From an uncultured Solirubrobacteraceae bacterium (GTDB taxonomy: Bacteria; Actinomycetota; Thermoleophilia; Solirubrobacterales; Solirubrobacteraceae), in assembly GCA_964588985.1 (NCBI GenBank), contig CAZPQW010000003.1, positions 1 to 64,000 on the forward strand: DNA of 64,000 bases. The letters run 5' to 3'. Below, one piece after another: positions 37,779-46,796 of this stretch. The position numbers and the translations under genes were made by a program. Under the pieces are notes generated by a model that had not been told where the DNA came from, searched no databases, and worked only from the letters and a program-made list of their open reading frames with translations. How positions within the stretch are numbered: the stretch's first letter is position 1; every line of letters begins with the position of its first letter.

Positions 37779-39551
37779 CTAGCCTCGATACCTGTTGGTG
37801 ATCGGCATCCGCCGGTCGCGCCCGAACGCGCGGGCTGTGATCTTGATCCCGGGGGGCGCCTGGCGGCGCTTGTACTCCGCGAGATCCACGAGGCGGATCG
37901 CGCGGTCCACGTCCGCCTCGGGCAGGCCCTGTGCGATCAGCTGCTCCCGGCTGCGGTCGAGCTCGACGTAGCCCTCGAGGATCCGGTCGAGCACCTCATA
38001 CGGTGGCAGCGAGTCCTCATCGCGCTGGTCGTGGCGGAGCTCCGCCGACGGTGCGCGCTCGACGATCGAGTCGGGGATCGGGCTGAGCGCCGGCTCGGCG
38101 CCGTCGGCGCTCGCGCCGATCGTGGCGGGCGCGGCGTCGGAGTTGCGCCACTCGCACAGCCGGTAGACGAGCGTCTTGGGCACGTCCTTGATCACCGCGA
38201 AGCCACCAGCGAGGTCGCCGTAGAGCGTGGTGTAGCCGACCGACATCTCGGACTTGTTGCCGGTGGTGAGAACGAGCCAGCCGAACTTGTTCGACAGCGC
38301 CATCAGCAGGTTGCCGCGCACGCGCGCCTGGATGTTCTCCTCCGTCAGATCCGGCTCGTGCCCGGCGAACGCCGCGCCGAGGGCGTCGTCGTAGGCGAGC
38401 ATCACCCCCTCGATCGGCAGCTCGAGTGCGCCCGTGCCGAGCGCCGCGGCGAGCGCGCGTGCGTCGTCCTGGGTGTGGGTGGAGGAGTAGGGGGAGGGCA
38501 TGATCGTGGTGCTCACCAGCCGCGGGCCGAGCGCGTCGGCTGCGAGGCACGCGACGAGCGCGGAGTCGATCCCGCCGGAGAGCCCGAGCACTACGTGCCC
38601 GAAGCCGTTCTTCTGTACGTAGTCGCGCAGGCCGAGTGTGAGCGCGATGTAGATCTCCGCCTCGGCTGGCGCGAGCGGATCGGCTAGCGCTGACGGTGGT
38701 GGGGGAGCGGGAGCCGTGGCGGGAGCGCTCTCTCTGGCGGGGAGACTCGGCAGGACCGCGACCTCGCGCTGGGAGCGCCGCGCGGCGGGGCGGTGCCCGG
38801 CGTCGCGCAGGCGCGCGGCCGCGGCCGCGTCGAGGTCGATGTCGCACACGAGCAGCTCCTCGCGGAACTGCGCAGCGCGCGCGATCGTGCGCCCGGTGTG
38901 GTCGATCACGCACGAGTGCCCGTCGAACAGCAACTCGTCCTGACCGCCGACCAGTCCGCAGAAGGCGATGCACGCGAGGTTGTCGCGCGCGCGCTGCGCG
39001 AACATCCGCTCGCGCTCGGCGCCCTTACCGGCGTGGTAGGGGGAGGCGGAGATGTTGAGGATCAGCGTCGCGCCCGCGATCGCCTCGTCGCTGGCGGGCG
39101 GACCTGGCTCCCAGATGTCCTCGCACACCGTCAGCCCGACACGGTGCGAGCCGATGTCGATCACCGCGCCGGCGGAGCCCGCCTGGAAGTAGCGCTGCTC
39201 GTCGAACACGCCGTAGTTGGGCAGGTACACCTTGCGGTAGATCGCACGCACCTCGCCGTCGGCGATTACCGCGGCCGCGTTGTACACGTCCTCCGCGCGC
39301 TCGGGAAAGCCGACCACCGCGACCGGGCCGTGGACATCCGGGGCGAGCGAGCGCAAAGCCGCGCCGGCGTCGGCGAGGAAGTGCTCCTTCAGCAGCAGGT
39401 CCTCGGGCGGGTAGCCGGTGAGGACCAGCTCGGGGAACAGGACCAGGTCGGCCTGAGCCTCGATCGCCGCGCGGATGCCCTCGCGTACGCGCTCGGTGTT
39501 GCCGGCGATGTCGCCGACGGTGGCGTTGATCTGGCAGAGGGCGATCCGCAC
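37779..39551 (-). CDS. nadE: Glutamine-dependent NAD+ synthetase
   Basis: Nitrilase domain (FPEL..TGYPPEDL, LPNYGVFDE.RYF, CEDIW) plus synthetase domain (GLSGGIDS, ENIQAR.RG, TGNKSE, GY.TLYGD, EYKRRQ). Confidence 0.96.
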   Translation of the reverse strand: MRIALCQINATVGDIAGNTERVREGIRAAIEAQADLVLFPELVLTGYPPEDLLLKEHFLADAGAALRSLAPDVHGPVAVVGFPERAEDVYNAAAVIADGEVRAIYRKVYLPNYGVFDEQRYFQAGSAGAVIDIGSHRVGLTVCEDIWEPGPPASDEAIAGATLILNISASPYHAGKGAERERMFAQRARDNLACIAFCGLVGGQDELLFDGHSCVIDHTGRTIARAAQFREELLVCDIDLDAAAAARLRDAGHRPAARRSQREVAVLPSLPARESAPATAPAPPPPSALADPLAPAEAEIYIALTLGLRDYVQKNGFGHVVLGLSGGIDSALVACLAADALGPRLVSTTIMPSPYSSTHTQDDARALAAALGTGALELPIEGVMLAYDDALGAAFAGHEPDLTEENIQARVRGNLLMALSNKFGWLVLTTGNKSEMSVGYTTLYGDLAGGFAVIKDVPKTLVYRLCEWRNSDAAPATIGASADGAEPALSPIPDSIVERAPSAELRHDQRDEDSLPPYEVLDRILEGYVELDRSREQLIAQGLPEADVDRAIRLVDLAEYKRRQAPPGIKITARAFGRDRRMPITNRYRG

Positions 39552-39571
39552 GTGCGGATCGTATCGGCGCC

Positions 39572-39724
39572 CTAGCGGTGGACGCCGAGGATGCTGCGCC
39601 AACGACCGCCGCGCCACCGTTTGGGCTTGGGCTCGCGCTTCGGAAGTGCGACAGCCCCGACGCCCGGCGGGACCCTCTTCGGCATCGGGCTTGGTGGAGC
39701 CGGTTTGGGTGAGGAATCCGTCAT
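39572..39724 (-). CDS. Small Pro/Lys/Arg-rich peptide (50 aa), below the ORF-track cutoff
   Basis: MTDSSPKPAPPSPMPKRVPPGVGAVALPKREPKPKRWRGGRWRSILGVHR; ATG 2 nt after the upstream stop. Confidence 0.35.
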   Translation of the reverse strand: MTDSSPKPAPPSPMPKRVPPGVGAVALPKREPKPKRWRGGRWRSILGVHR

Positions 39725-39726
39725 TC

Positions 39727-40197
39727 TCACGTCAACAGTGTAGTGACGAGCGCGACAGCAGAGGCGCTGATCTCGAACATCAGGCCCACGATCGCACGCG
39801 TCACATGCTGAGCTGTGTTCTCTAGGTTCGGAACGTTGTCGTTGTGCAATTGATCCAGGTAGACAGCGGCCGAGGCTTCCATTTGGTGCAGCTCAGCTTC
39901 GTGCGCTCGACCCTGTGCGAGAAACTGGCCTCCGGCGATGCCCGTTGAGAAGCCGCGAGGGAACAGCGCTGCACAGGACTCGACGGCACACCAGATATAT
40001 GCGACGGCCGCGCCGCTGAATGGAATCGCGACGAGCGCCGGGCCCTTCCCGACCGCAACTGCTGCCACTGGTACGACGATCGAAGCAGCGGACAGGACGT
40101 TGGTCGCTCTTTCACGGAGTTTGGCCTCCATCCTCTGCTGTGCGTCAAAGGTCGCTTGTGACAATGAAAGTGCCAGTTCCTCTGGTGTGCTCGCCAT
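39727..40197 (-). CDS. Hypothetical membrane protein (about 3 TM)
   Basis: Hydrophobic segments, -10 TAGCGT 7 nt before ATG, less GC-biased codons than neighbours. Confidence 0.6.
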   Translation of the reverse strand: MASTPEELALSLSQATFDAQQRMEAKLRERATNVLSAASIVVPVAAVAVGKGPALVAIPFSGAAVAYIWCAVESCAALFPRGFSTGIAGGQFLAQGRAHEAELHQMEASAAVYLDQLHNDNVPNLENTAQHVTRAIVGLMFEISASAVALVTTLLT

Positions 40198-40262
40198 GAG
40201 CAGCACGCTACGGCGTGGTTAGGATCCTTTCGTCGAGCGAGCCGCAGAGGGCTAGGCGCAAG

Positions 40263-41726
40263 TCAGCTTGTGCCGGCAGCGGTGCTGCGGGGCGCCGCCG
40301 CCTTCTTCTTGGCGATCCGCGTGCCGCGCGTGCTCACACCGGCGGCGCGGGAGAGCGCGCCGATCGCCCACTTGAGGTCGAGCGCGATCGCGTCGAGCTC
40401 GGGCAGCGCGTCGTAGTCGCCGAGCAGTCCGAAGCCGAGATGTCCGTCGTAGCTCATCACGGCGATGCCGAGCGCCTGGCGCTGGGCGAGCGGGACGACG
40501 GGGTAGAGGACCTCGAGCCTCTGCCCGAGCAGGTACAGCGGGAACTGCGGCCCGGGCACGTTCGTCACGACCAGGTTGAAGAACGGCTGTTTGGCCTGCA
40601 GGCGCGCCGCCTGGCTGAGGATCGTGGGGGGCGCGAAGCCGGCGAGGTTGGTGAGGGCCTGCGCGCCGACGGCCTGGCCGGACTTCTTCAGGTCCTCCAT
40701 CGCGGCGGTGACGGCGCTGAGGCACTCCGCGGGGTTCTCCACCCCGACCGGCAGCGGGGCCCACATCGCGGCGACCTGGTTGCCGAGCGCGCCGCGCTGC
40801 GCCTTCGTGCGGACGGACACGGGGACCATCGCCTTCAGCACAAGGCCGTCGGTGGGGAAGTCGCGGTTGCGAAGGTAGCGCCCGAGGGCGAGGCTGACGG
40901 ACGTGAGGACGACGTCGTTGAGCGTGCCGCCGAGCGAGTCCTTGATCGCCTTGAAGTTGGCCAGGTCCGCGTCGAGGAACGTGTAGCGGCGATGCGGGCC
41001 GATCTCGACGTTGAACGGGCTCGGCGGGGCCGGCGCGCTGATGCCCGCGATGGTGGTCGCGCCGATGCTCGTGAGGTTGTCCTTCACCTGCGCGAGCGCC
41101 TTGCGCGGGGCGCGCAGCAGCGCGCGCCCGCCACGGAGCATCTCCGCGGGAACGGTCGATCGCTCGACGAGCGCCTCGCCGAGCAGCTTCGCCGGCCCGG
41201 GCAGCGGCTTGGCGCTCCAGGTCGATGCCGGTGCCACAGGCGCGGGTTCGCGGGAGGTGTCGAACAGAACCGTGGTGATGTCCACCCCGGAGATGCCGTC
41301 GACGAGTGCGTGGTGGGTCTTCGCGATCAGCGCAAAGCGCCCTTTGGACATGCTCTGCACGAGCCAGATCTCCCACAGCGGCTTGGAGCGATCGAGACGC
41401 TGGGAGAACAACCGTCCGGCGAGGCGCTTGAGCTCGCCGTCGTCCGCGGGCTTCGGCAGCGCGGTGTGGCGTATGTGGTAGTAGGGGTTGAAGTGCGGGT
41501 CGTCGGTCCACACGGGCCGGCCCTGGCCGAGCGGTACGTGGGCGAGGCGCTGGCGGTAGCGCGGCACGAGGTGCAGCCGGCCCAGCACGTGGTCGATCAG
41601 CTCCTGCAGCGTCGGTGCGGCGCCCTCGAACACCATCACCGACGCTACGTGCATGTGCGCGGTCGAGTGGTCCTCGAGGTGCAGGAACGTCGAGTCCAGT
41701 GCCGTCAAGCGGTCGGGATTGGCCAT
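40263..41726 (-). CDS. Wax ester synthase / diacylglycerol acyltransferase
   Basis: LTALD..FL.LE, LDRSKPLWE, HHALVDG, TLNDV, NLVVTNVPGP. Confidence 0.93.
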   Translation of the reverse strand: MANPDRLTALDSTFLHLEDHSTAHMHVASVMVFEGAAPTLQELIDHVLGRLHLVPRYRQRLAHVPLGQGRPVWTDDPHFNPYYHIRHTALPKPADDGELKRLAGRLFSQRLDRSKPLWEIWLVQSMSKGRFALIAKTHHALVDGISGVDITTVLFDTSREPAPVAPASTWSAKPLPGPAKLLGEALVERSTVPAEMLRGGRALLRAPRKALAQVKDNLTSIGATTIAGISAPAPPSPFNVEIGPHRRYTFLDADLANFKAIKDSLGGTLNDVVLTSVSLALGRYLRNRDFPTDGLVLKAMVPVSVRTKAQRGALGNQVAAMWAPLPVGVENPAECLSAVTAAMEDLKKSGQAVGAQALTNLAGFAPPTILSQAARLQAKQPFFNLVVTNVPGPQFPLYLLGQRLEVLYPVVPLAQRQALGIAVMSYDGHLGFGLLGDYDALPELDAIALDLKWAIGALSRAAGVSTRGTRIAKKKAAAPRSTAAGTS

Positions 41727-41793
41727 GTGGTCGATTGTTGCCGGTCTGGCACCTCGCGTCAACGACCTGGGGGAAAGCTTTTCCGTGCGGGGC

Positions 41794-42036
41794 TCAGTCC
41801 TCCGGTGTCTCGCGTACGTGGGCGAGCGCCATCTGCTCGGCCATCCGCAGCAGGCCGATCAGGCAGTGCGGACGGACGTCCGCGCCCGGGCGCATGGCGA
41901 CCGAGGAGCCATGCGGCCCGAGTACCTCCACGATCGTGCACACGTCGCCGATCTGGCAGTCGTTGCCGAAACGTTCTTCGAGCGCCTCCATCTGTTCGGC
42001 GACGACCTGTCCGATCTTGCTCGCGTCGAGCGACAT
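41794..42036 (-). CDS. Small hypothetical protein
   Basis: SD aggagg before ATG; host-like codon usage. Confidence 0.6.
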   Translation of the reverse strand: MSLDASKIGQVVAEQMEALEERFGNDCQIGDVCTIVEVLGPHGSSVAMRPGADVRPHCLIGLLRMAEQMALAHVRETPED

Positions 42037-42193
42037 TTGAAGCCTCCTGGGTGGAGTGGGGAACAAAAGAGCTTGATCATGCCCTAAGCGCGCCGCCGCT
42101 CACAGCCCCGTATTGACTGGGTTCCCTGTACGCCTTGTGCTCTTAGTCACAAGTCTGTGTGCGTGATCACAGAGGAAAGTGCCTGCAAACGGC

Positions 42194-42216
42194 TAGCATT
42201 TGCGAACGATTGTTCG
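42194..42216 (+). promoter_or_regulatory. -10 box followed by a perfect LexA-type box
   Basis: TAGCAT at 42194-42199; CGAAC-GATT-GTTCG at 42203-42216. Confidence 0.65.
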
Positions 42217-42219
42217 ACT

Positions 42220-42390
42220 CGCCGAGTCGTCTTCTGGATGGAGACGAACGGGGGACCCACTGCCGGATCGCCAACACAGGTGATCCGGATGGGGCGAATC
42301 GGCTGCTGATGCAGCTGTAACGCCCGGCTGACATGCGTCTGTTTCGCATGCGTGGCCGGCCGTGAGCCCGACAGCTAACCCCGCAGGCGG
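42220..42390 (+). ncRNA. c-di-AMP (ydaO/yuaA) riboswitch
   Basis: cgccgagtc...gaacgggggaccca...ggggcgaatc...gagcccgacagctaaccccgcaggcg, hallmark segments; sits upstream of a cell-wall enzyme. Confidence 0.88.
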
Positions 42391-42413
42391 AAACGCAAGG
42401 AGGTTCACACAAC

Positions 42414-43061
42414 ATGTACGTCCCCGCGACGCCTGCGCAGGCTGCGCCGACCCTGGCTCCGGCCGGGATCGTCTCGACCGTGCCCGCGACGCTTGTAACG
42501 CCGGTACCCACCGCTCTGCGGGTGCGCCGGTCGCAGCTGAACGTCCTCGAGGGCAGCCGCGTCAGGATCGCCGGCGCCCTGCTCGAGAACCGTCACGCGG
42601 CGGAACCCGGCCTGGTGGTGTCGCTGCAGGAGCTCGGCCGCCACGGCTGGAGGACGCTCGCGCGCACGCACACGGGCGCGCACGGTCGCTTCCGGCTGCG
42701 CTACCTGCCGCGGAGTCTCGGCAGCCAGCTGGCGCGGCTGCGCTTCGCCGGCAACGCCACCGCACGCGGCTCGCACACGCGACTGGGACGCCTGAGCGTG
42801 TTCCGCCTCGCCGGCGCCTCCTGGTACGGCGGCGGGGGCACGACGGCCTGCGGCGGCGCTCTGACGAGCAGCACGCTCGGCGTGGCCAACAAGACGCTCC
42901 CGTGCGGAACGATGGTGACGCTCCACTACGGCAGTCGCACCGTGCGTGTGCCCGTGATCGACCGCGGGCCATATGTGGCGGGCCGCGAATTCGACCTCAC
43001 CGAAGCGACGAAGCGCGCGCTGGGGTTCGGCGACACGGGCAACGTCTGGAGCACGAACTGA
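42414..43061 (+). CDS. RlpA-like (DPBB) lytic transglycosylase with an N-terminal Ig-like region
   Basis: ASWYG, VANKTLPCGT.V, VPVIDRGPY..GREFDL; SD aaggagg. Confidence 0.85.
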   Translation: MYVPATPAQAAPTLAPAGIVSTVPATLVTPVPTALRVRRSQLNVLEGSRVRIAGALLENRHAAEPGLVVSLQELGRHGWRTLARTHTGAHGRFRLRYLPRSLGSQLARLRFAGNATARGSHTRLGRLSVFRLAGASWYGGGGTTACGGALTSSTLGVANKTLPCGTMVTLHYGSRTVRVPVIDRGPYVAGREFDLTEATKRALGFGDTGNVWSTN

Positions 43062-43139
43062 GCCCGAGATAGGCGCTGAGGCTGGGCGTGTTCGTGCAGA
43101 GGTTGGGTTTTGGCGTGACGGTTCGTTGAATCACCTGGA

Positions 43140-44246
43140 ATGTCGATCGCGATGAAGCCGTCACGCACCCAACTGTGGATGGAGAGCCTCGGCGAGTGGA
43201 GCTGGCCGGGGCAGGGCGGCGCGGCCGCGGCGGAGGTGCTGCCGCCGTCGTGGGTGCCCGCGTTTCCGCCGCGTCGCGAACACGCCCAGCCGATCGGCGT
43301 CGGCTCGGCGTCGCGCCAGGCAGTGCGCCGGCGCGCCCTGCTCGTGGCGGTGCTGCTGAGCGCTCTGCTCTCGACGGGCGTGGCGCTTGCGCTGCGGGGG
43401 CAACTGGGCATCGAGAGGCTGATCGGGATCGGCGCCAGCCAGCCGGTTGCGCAGGCGCTGCCCGCGAGCTTCGAGCAGCCGTCGCCGCTGTTCTCGCTAC
43501 CCACCCTCACCAAGGTCAGCGAGGATGAAGCGGGAAGCGTGATCGACACCGCGAGCTACCACTCCAAGGCGCTGCACGGCACGGGATCCTTCCTCACGTA
43601 CCTGCCGCCGGGCTATGCGAGCACAAACGCCCACTATCCGGTGATGTACATGCTCACGGGCACCGATCAGTCCGATTCCGCGTTTCTGCAGATCGGCGTG
43701 CAGGGCGAGCTCGACCATCTGATCGCAAAGCGCGAGATTCCGCCGCTGATCGCGGTGATGGTCCAGGGCGGGCCTGGGTCGAATCTGTGGCGCAACCACT
43801 ACGAAACCTACATTCTCGAAGTGCAGGAGATGGTTGACCGGATGCTGCCGACGGTCGCGGCGCGCGGGGCGCGCGCGGTGGTGGGGGACTCGATGGGCGG
43901 GTACGGGGCGATGAACGTCGCGCTGTCCAATCCGTACCGGTTCGGTGTGGTGGAGAGCTGGTTGGGGTTCTTCAATGGGCTCGACTCAAATCTGCGCACC
44001 GATAGAAAGGTGTTCTCTCGACTCGGCCTGCACGCCTTCGTGTATGGCGGGGCATCGGATCGCATCGCCGACCCGAGCGAGAACGCTCCGTTCGCTGCCG
44101 CTCTGCGTGCTGCCGGTGCGGATGCGAAGAGCGTGGTGTATTCCGGCGAACACAACGTCGGGACCCTCGAAGCTCATCTGTCGACCGCGCTCAAGTTCGC
44201 TGGACGGGCGCTTGTCGCCGCGACTGCTGTAACGCCCGCACGCTGA
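43140..44246 (+). CDS. Membrane-anchored alpha/beta-hydrolase (putative esterase family)
   Basis: TM segment, YLPPGY, YPVMY.L.G, GDSMGGYGA, terminal GEH. Confidence 0.8.
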   Translation: MSIAMKPSRTQLWMESLGEWSWPGQGGAAAAEVLPPSWVPAFPPRREHAQPIGVGSASRQAVRRRALLVAVLLSALLSTGVALALRGQLGIERLIGIGASQPVAQALPASFEQPSPLFSLPTLTKVSEDEAGSVIDTASYHSKALHGTGSFLTYLPPGYASTNAHYPVMYMLTGTDQSDSAFLQIGVQGELDHLIAKREIPPLIAVMVQGGPGSNLWRNHYETYILEVQEMVDRMLPTVAARGARAVVGDSMGGYGAMNVALSNPYRFGVVESWLGFFNGLDSNLRTDRKVFSRLGLHAFVYGGASDRIADPSENAPFAAALRAAGADAKSVVYSGEHNVGTLEAHLSTALKFAGRALVAATAVTPAR

Positions 44247-44487
44247 CATCGCAGGTTCAGAGCCCATTCGCTCAAATGTGCGGAGCGGGCGGCTCTAGGC
44301 GTTTGAAAAGCACAGCCAGGCTGGCAGGGTCACGACACAAAAAGGCTTGTTACCTTTTTCGCCGTCCGGCGTTTCCGGGCGGGCAGACCAAAAACGGGGG
44401 GTTGTAGCCTGGAGCTGAGCTCAGCCATGATGCCTGAGTCGTCAGAGTCGCCTCATTCAGCGCGCTCCATCAGTCAAGGAGCATCGC

Positions 44488-46320
44488 ATGAAAAATGCAA
44501 AACGACTCGGACTGTTGCTTATCGAGATGTTCGCGCTCGGTGCATACCGGGCCGCGCCGGAGGCCTTAGCACTAGGAGTACAGGTCTGTGCGGCCGTTGC
44601 GGGCAAAGTCGTCTGTGGAAGCATTATGTTGTAACAAGCCTACAATCGAATTGCGTGCAGAACAGAAGAGATAACGCTGAGGTGAAGGAAGTCGGAAAGT
44701 CTGCATTGCTCATTCAATGTGGTGCTTGTGAAAGGTGAAAGGCTAGTTGGGACGACATCGATCATGTGTCTCCTTTGAGCCCGTAAGTGTTAGGGGGTGG
44801 GAACGATGGATCGCATTGGGGCTCTCAAGGTGAGCAGGTTCGCATTGGTGGGGGTCGGTGTTTGGGCTCTTGTTGTCTTCTCGGGATTCATGGCGTCGGC
44901 GCCCGCTGGGGCAGCATGTCCTAGCGCTGGTTTTCGTGTCGGTCGATCAGCCGGCTCGCCGGATTGCCGTGCACACGAGCAGGCCTCACCGGTAAACGAG
45001 GGAGTGTGTGAAAGCGGATATCGGCAGGCGGGCGGAGCCCCGTTGGGCCAATCCGTCGCCAGCGGTTCCTCTGGGCCGTCAGGCAACTTACCGCGATGGG
45101 TGCCGGTTCTGGTGCCGGTGCCTGTGAAGAAAGGTTCCAAGAAGAAACGCAAGAAGGGGCATACACGCCGTCACGGCCGATGCGTGGAGAAGAAGGGTAA
45201 GGGAGCAAGCAAGGCACGAAAGACCAATAAGAAGCGGGAGGCGCGGTTCCTGAGATTCGGAATGAATCGCGCTCGAGGTGTGCACATCACCCTTGTTGCG
45301 AGCTTTGCGCTGATTGTGCCGCCGGTCGGGACGGGGACAGCCGCGACGCCTCACTGGTCAGCGGGTTCGCGATGACGCAGTCGCGCAAATGGCGATCAGC
45401 CTCTCAGGCGCGTCAGTCTCACGACTCCGCCGGGGCTGCTGGGCGTGCTCGAGAGCGTCGAACGGTGCCCCGAAGCCACAGGCGAACGCCGGGACCTGCT
45501 CCGCGGGCTCGCTGATCGGGTTGGGCTAGATCGTTGTAGGCCCGGGTTCCGCGCCGCTGACGATCGCCGGCAGCAAGGTGTATCTGACCAGTCCGTACGC
45601 AGGCAAGCCGTTCGGGCTGTCGGCCGTCGCTCAGCCCAGGCCGGCCCGTTAGCTTGGCTGGGAACACAGGTCTGGGCACGGATGTCGTGCGCGCCTCGAT
45701 CGCTATCCGACCCACACCCGGACGCTGACCGTCATCAGCGACCAGCTGCCACGACAGCTGAACGGCGTGCCGCTGAACATCCGGATGATCCACGTCGACA
45801 TCATCCGCGAAGGGTTCATGTTCAACCCGACGAACCGCAACGCGATGGCGATCGAGACGACGTCCGCGAATGCAACCGGAACGACTGCGAGCAGCCCGAT
45901 CCCGTTCCAGGCGGTCAACTGAGCAATCCTGCCCTTCAAGCCGAAGTTCACGGTCGCACTCAGGGCAAGACGAGCAAGAAGAACGGAGTATCGCTACACG
46001 TGAGGGTTACCTCAGGTGCGGGTCAGGCGAACATCGCAAAGGTCAAGGTGGACCTTCCGATACAGCTTCCGTCGCGACTCTCGACACTGCAGAAAGCGTG
46101 CATCGACAGCGTGTTCGACGCGAACCCCGCGTCTTGTCCTGCGGCGTCGGTCGTCGGACAGGCGACCGCCGTGACGCCTCTGCTCGCGCATCCGCTGACC
46201 GGGCCTGCCTATCTTGTCTCACACACCGGCGCTGCATTCCCGGACCTCGAGACGATCCTGCAGGGCGAAGGGATCACGCTGATCCTCGACGCGACATGAA
46301 GATCAAGAAGCGCGTCACGT
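44488..46320 (+). pseudogene. Decayed copy of the secreted-protein cassette at 49068-56811
   Basis: Signal-peptide ORF 44488-44634 with SD aaggag; PDCRAHEQASP fragment and basic tail in 44797-45375; frameshifted fragments ending [25 protein letters not shown]...GPAYLVSH. Confidence 0.75.
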
Positions 46321-46736
46321 AACAGCGCTGGCGCCGAGCACTCGTATTCGAGTCCGCAAGGCCGATTCTGCACGGAGTGTTTCTCGGCTGGCGCGAGGTC
46401 CGATGGCGAAAAACCACGGAATTCAGCGCAATTCGTGTCAGCGGACTTTCAGAGAACTACTCGTGCGGAAAATTCCGCTCTTGTGGACCTGGTGATCATG
46501 TTGCTAGAACATCGTCCGTTCCAGTCCTCGGGATCTAAGTGACCCGAGGGCAATAGAAAGGGAAGTGAAAGCACGAAACCTCAAACACTTGAGGCGTCCT
46601 CTCCTGCTCCTTGGGGCGCGCCTTGAGAGCCCGCTCGACGAATCTCTGTGCGTTGGGCGACCTCGAACGGGCGCCGCGTCTCTCCGACCCAGCGGAGGGC
46701 GCGGCGTCCGCCCTCTTTCAGAGCAGAGTACCGCAC

Positions 46737-46762
46737 CATACTGGCCGGCCAGCCAGTATGAT
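46737..46762 (+). promoter_or_regulatory. Inverted repeat overlapping the -10 (TATGAT) of the P450 gene
   Basis: catactggc-cggcca-gccagtatg. Confidence 0.55.
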
Positions 46763-46796
46763 CTGTTCGTCTTTTACAGCGATCCGGGAGGGCGGA

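Noticed and set aside
40215-42116. 633-aa plus-strand ORF
   Set aside because: Antisense to the WS/DGAT gene, which has clear motifs
44427-44738. 103-aa ORF from the track
   Set aside because: The SD-supported start at 44488 is in another frame; the region is better explained as pseudogene debris
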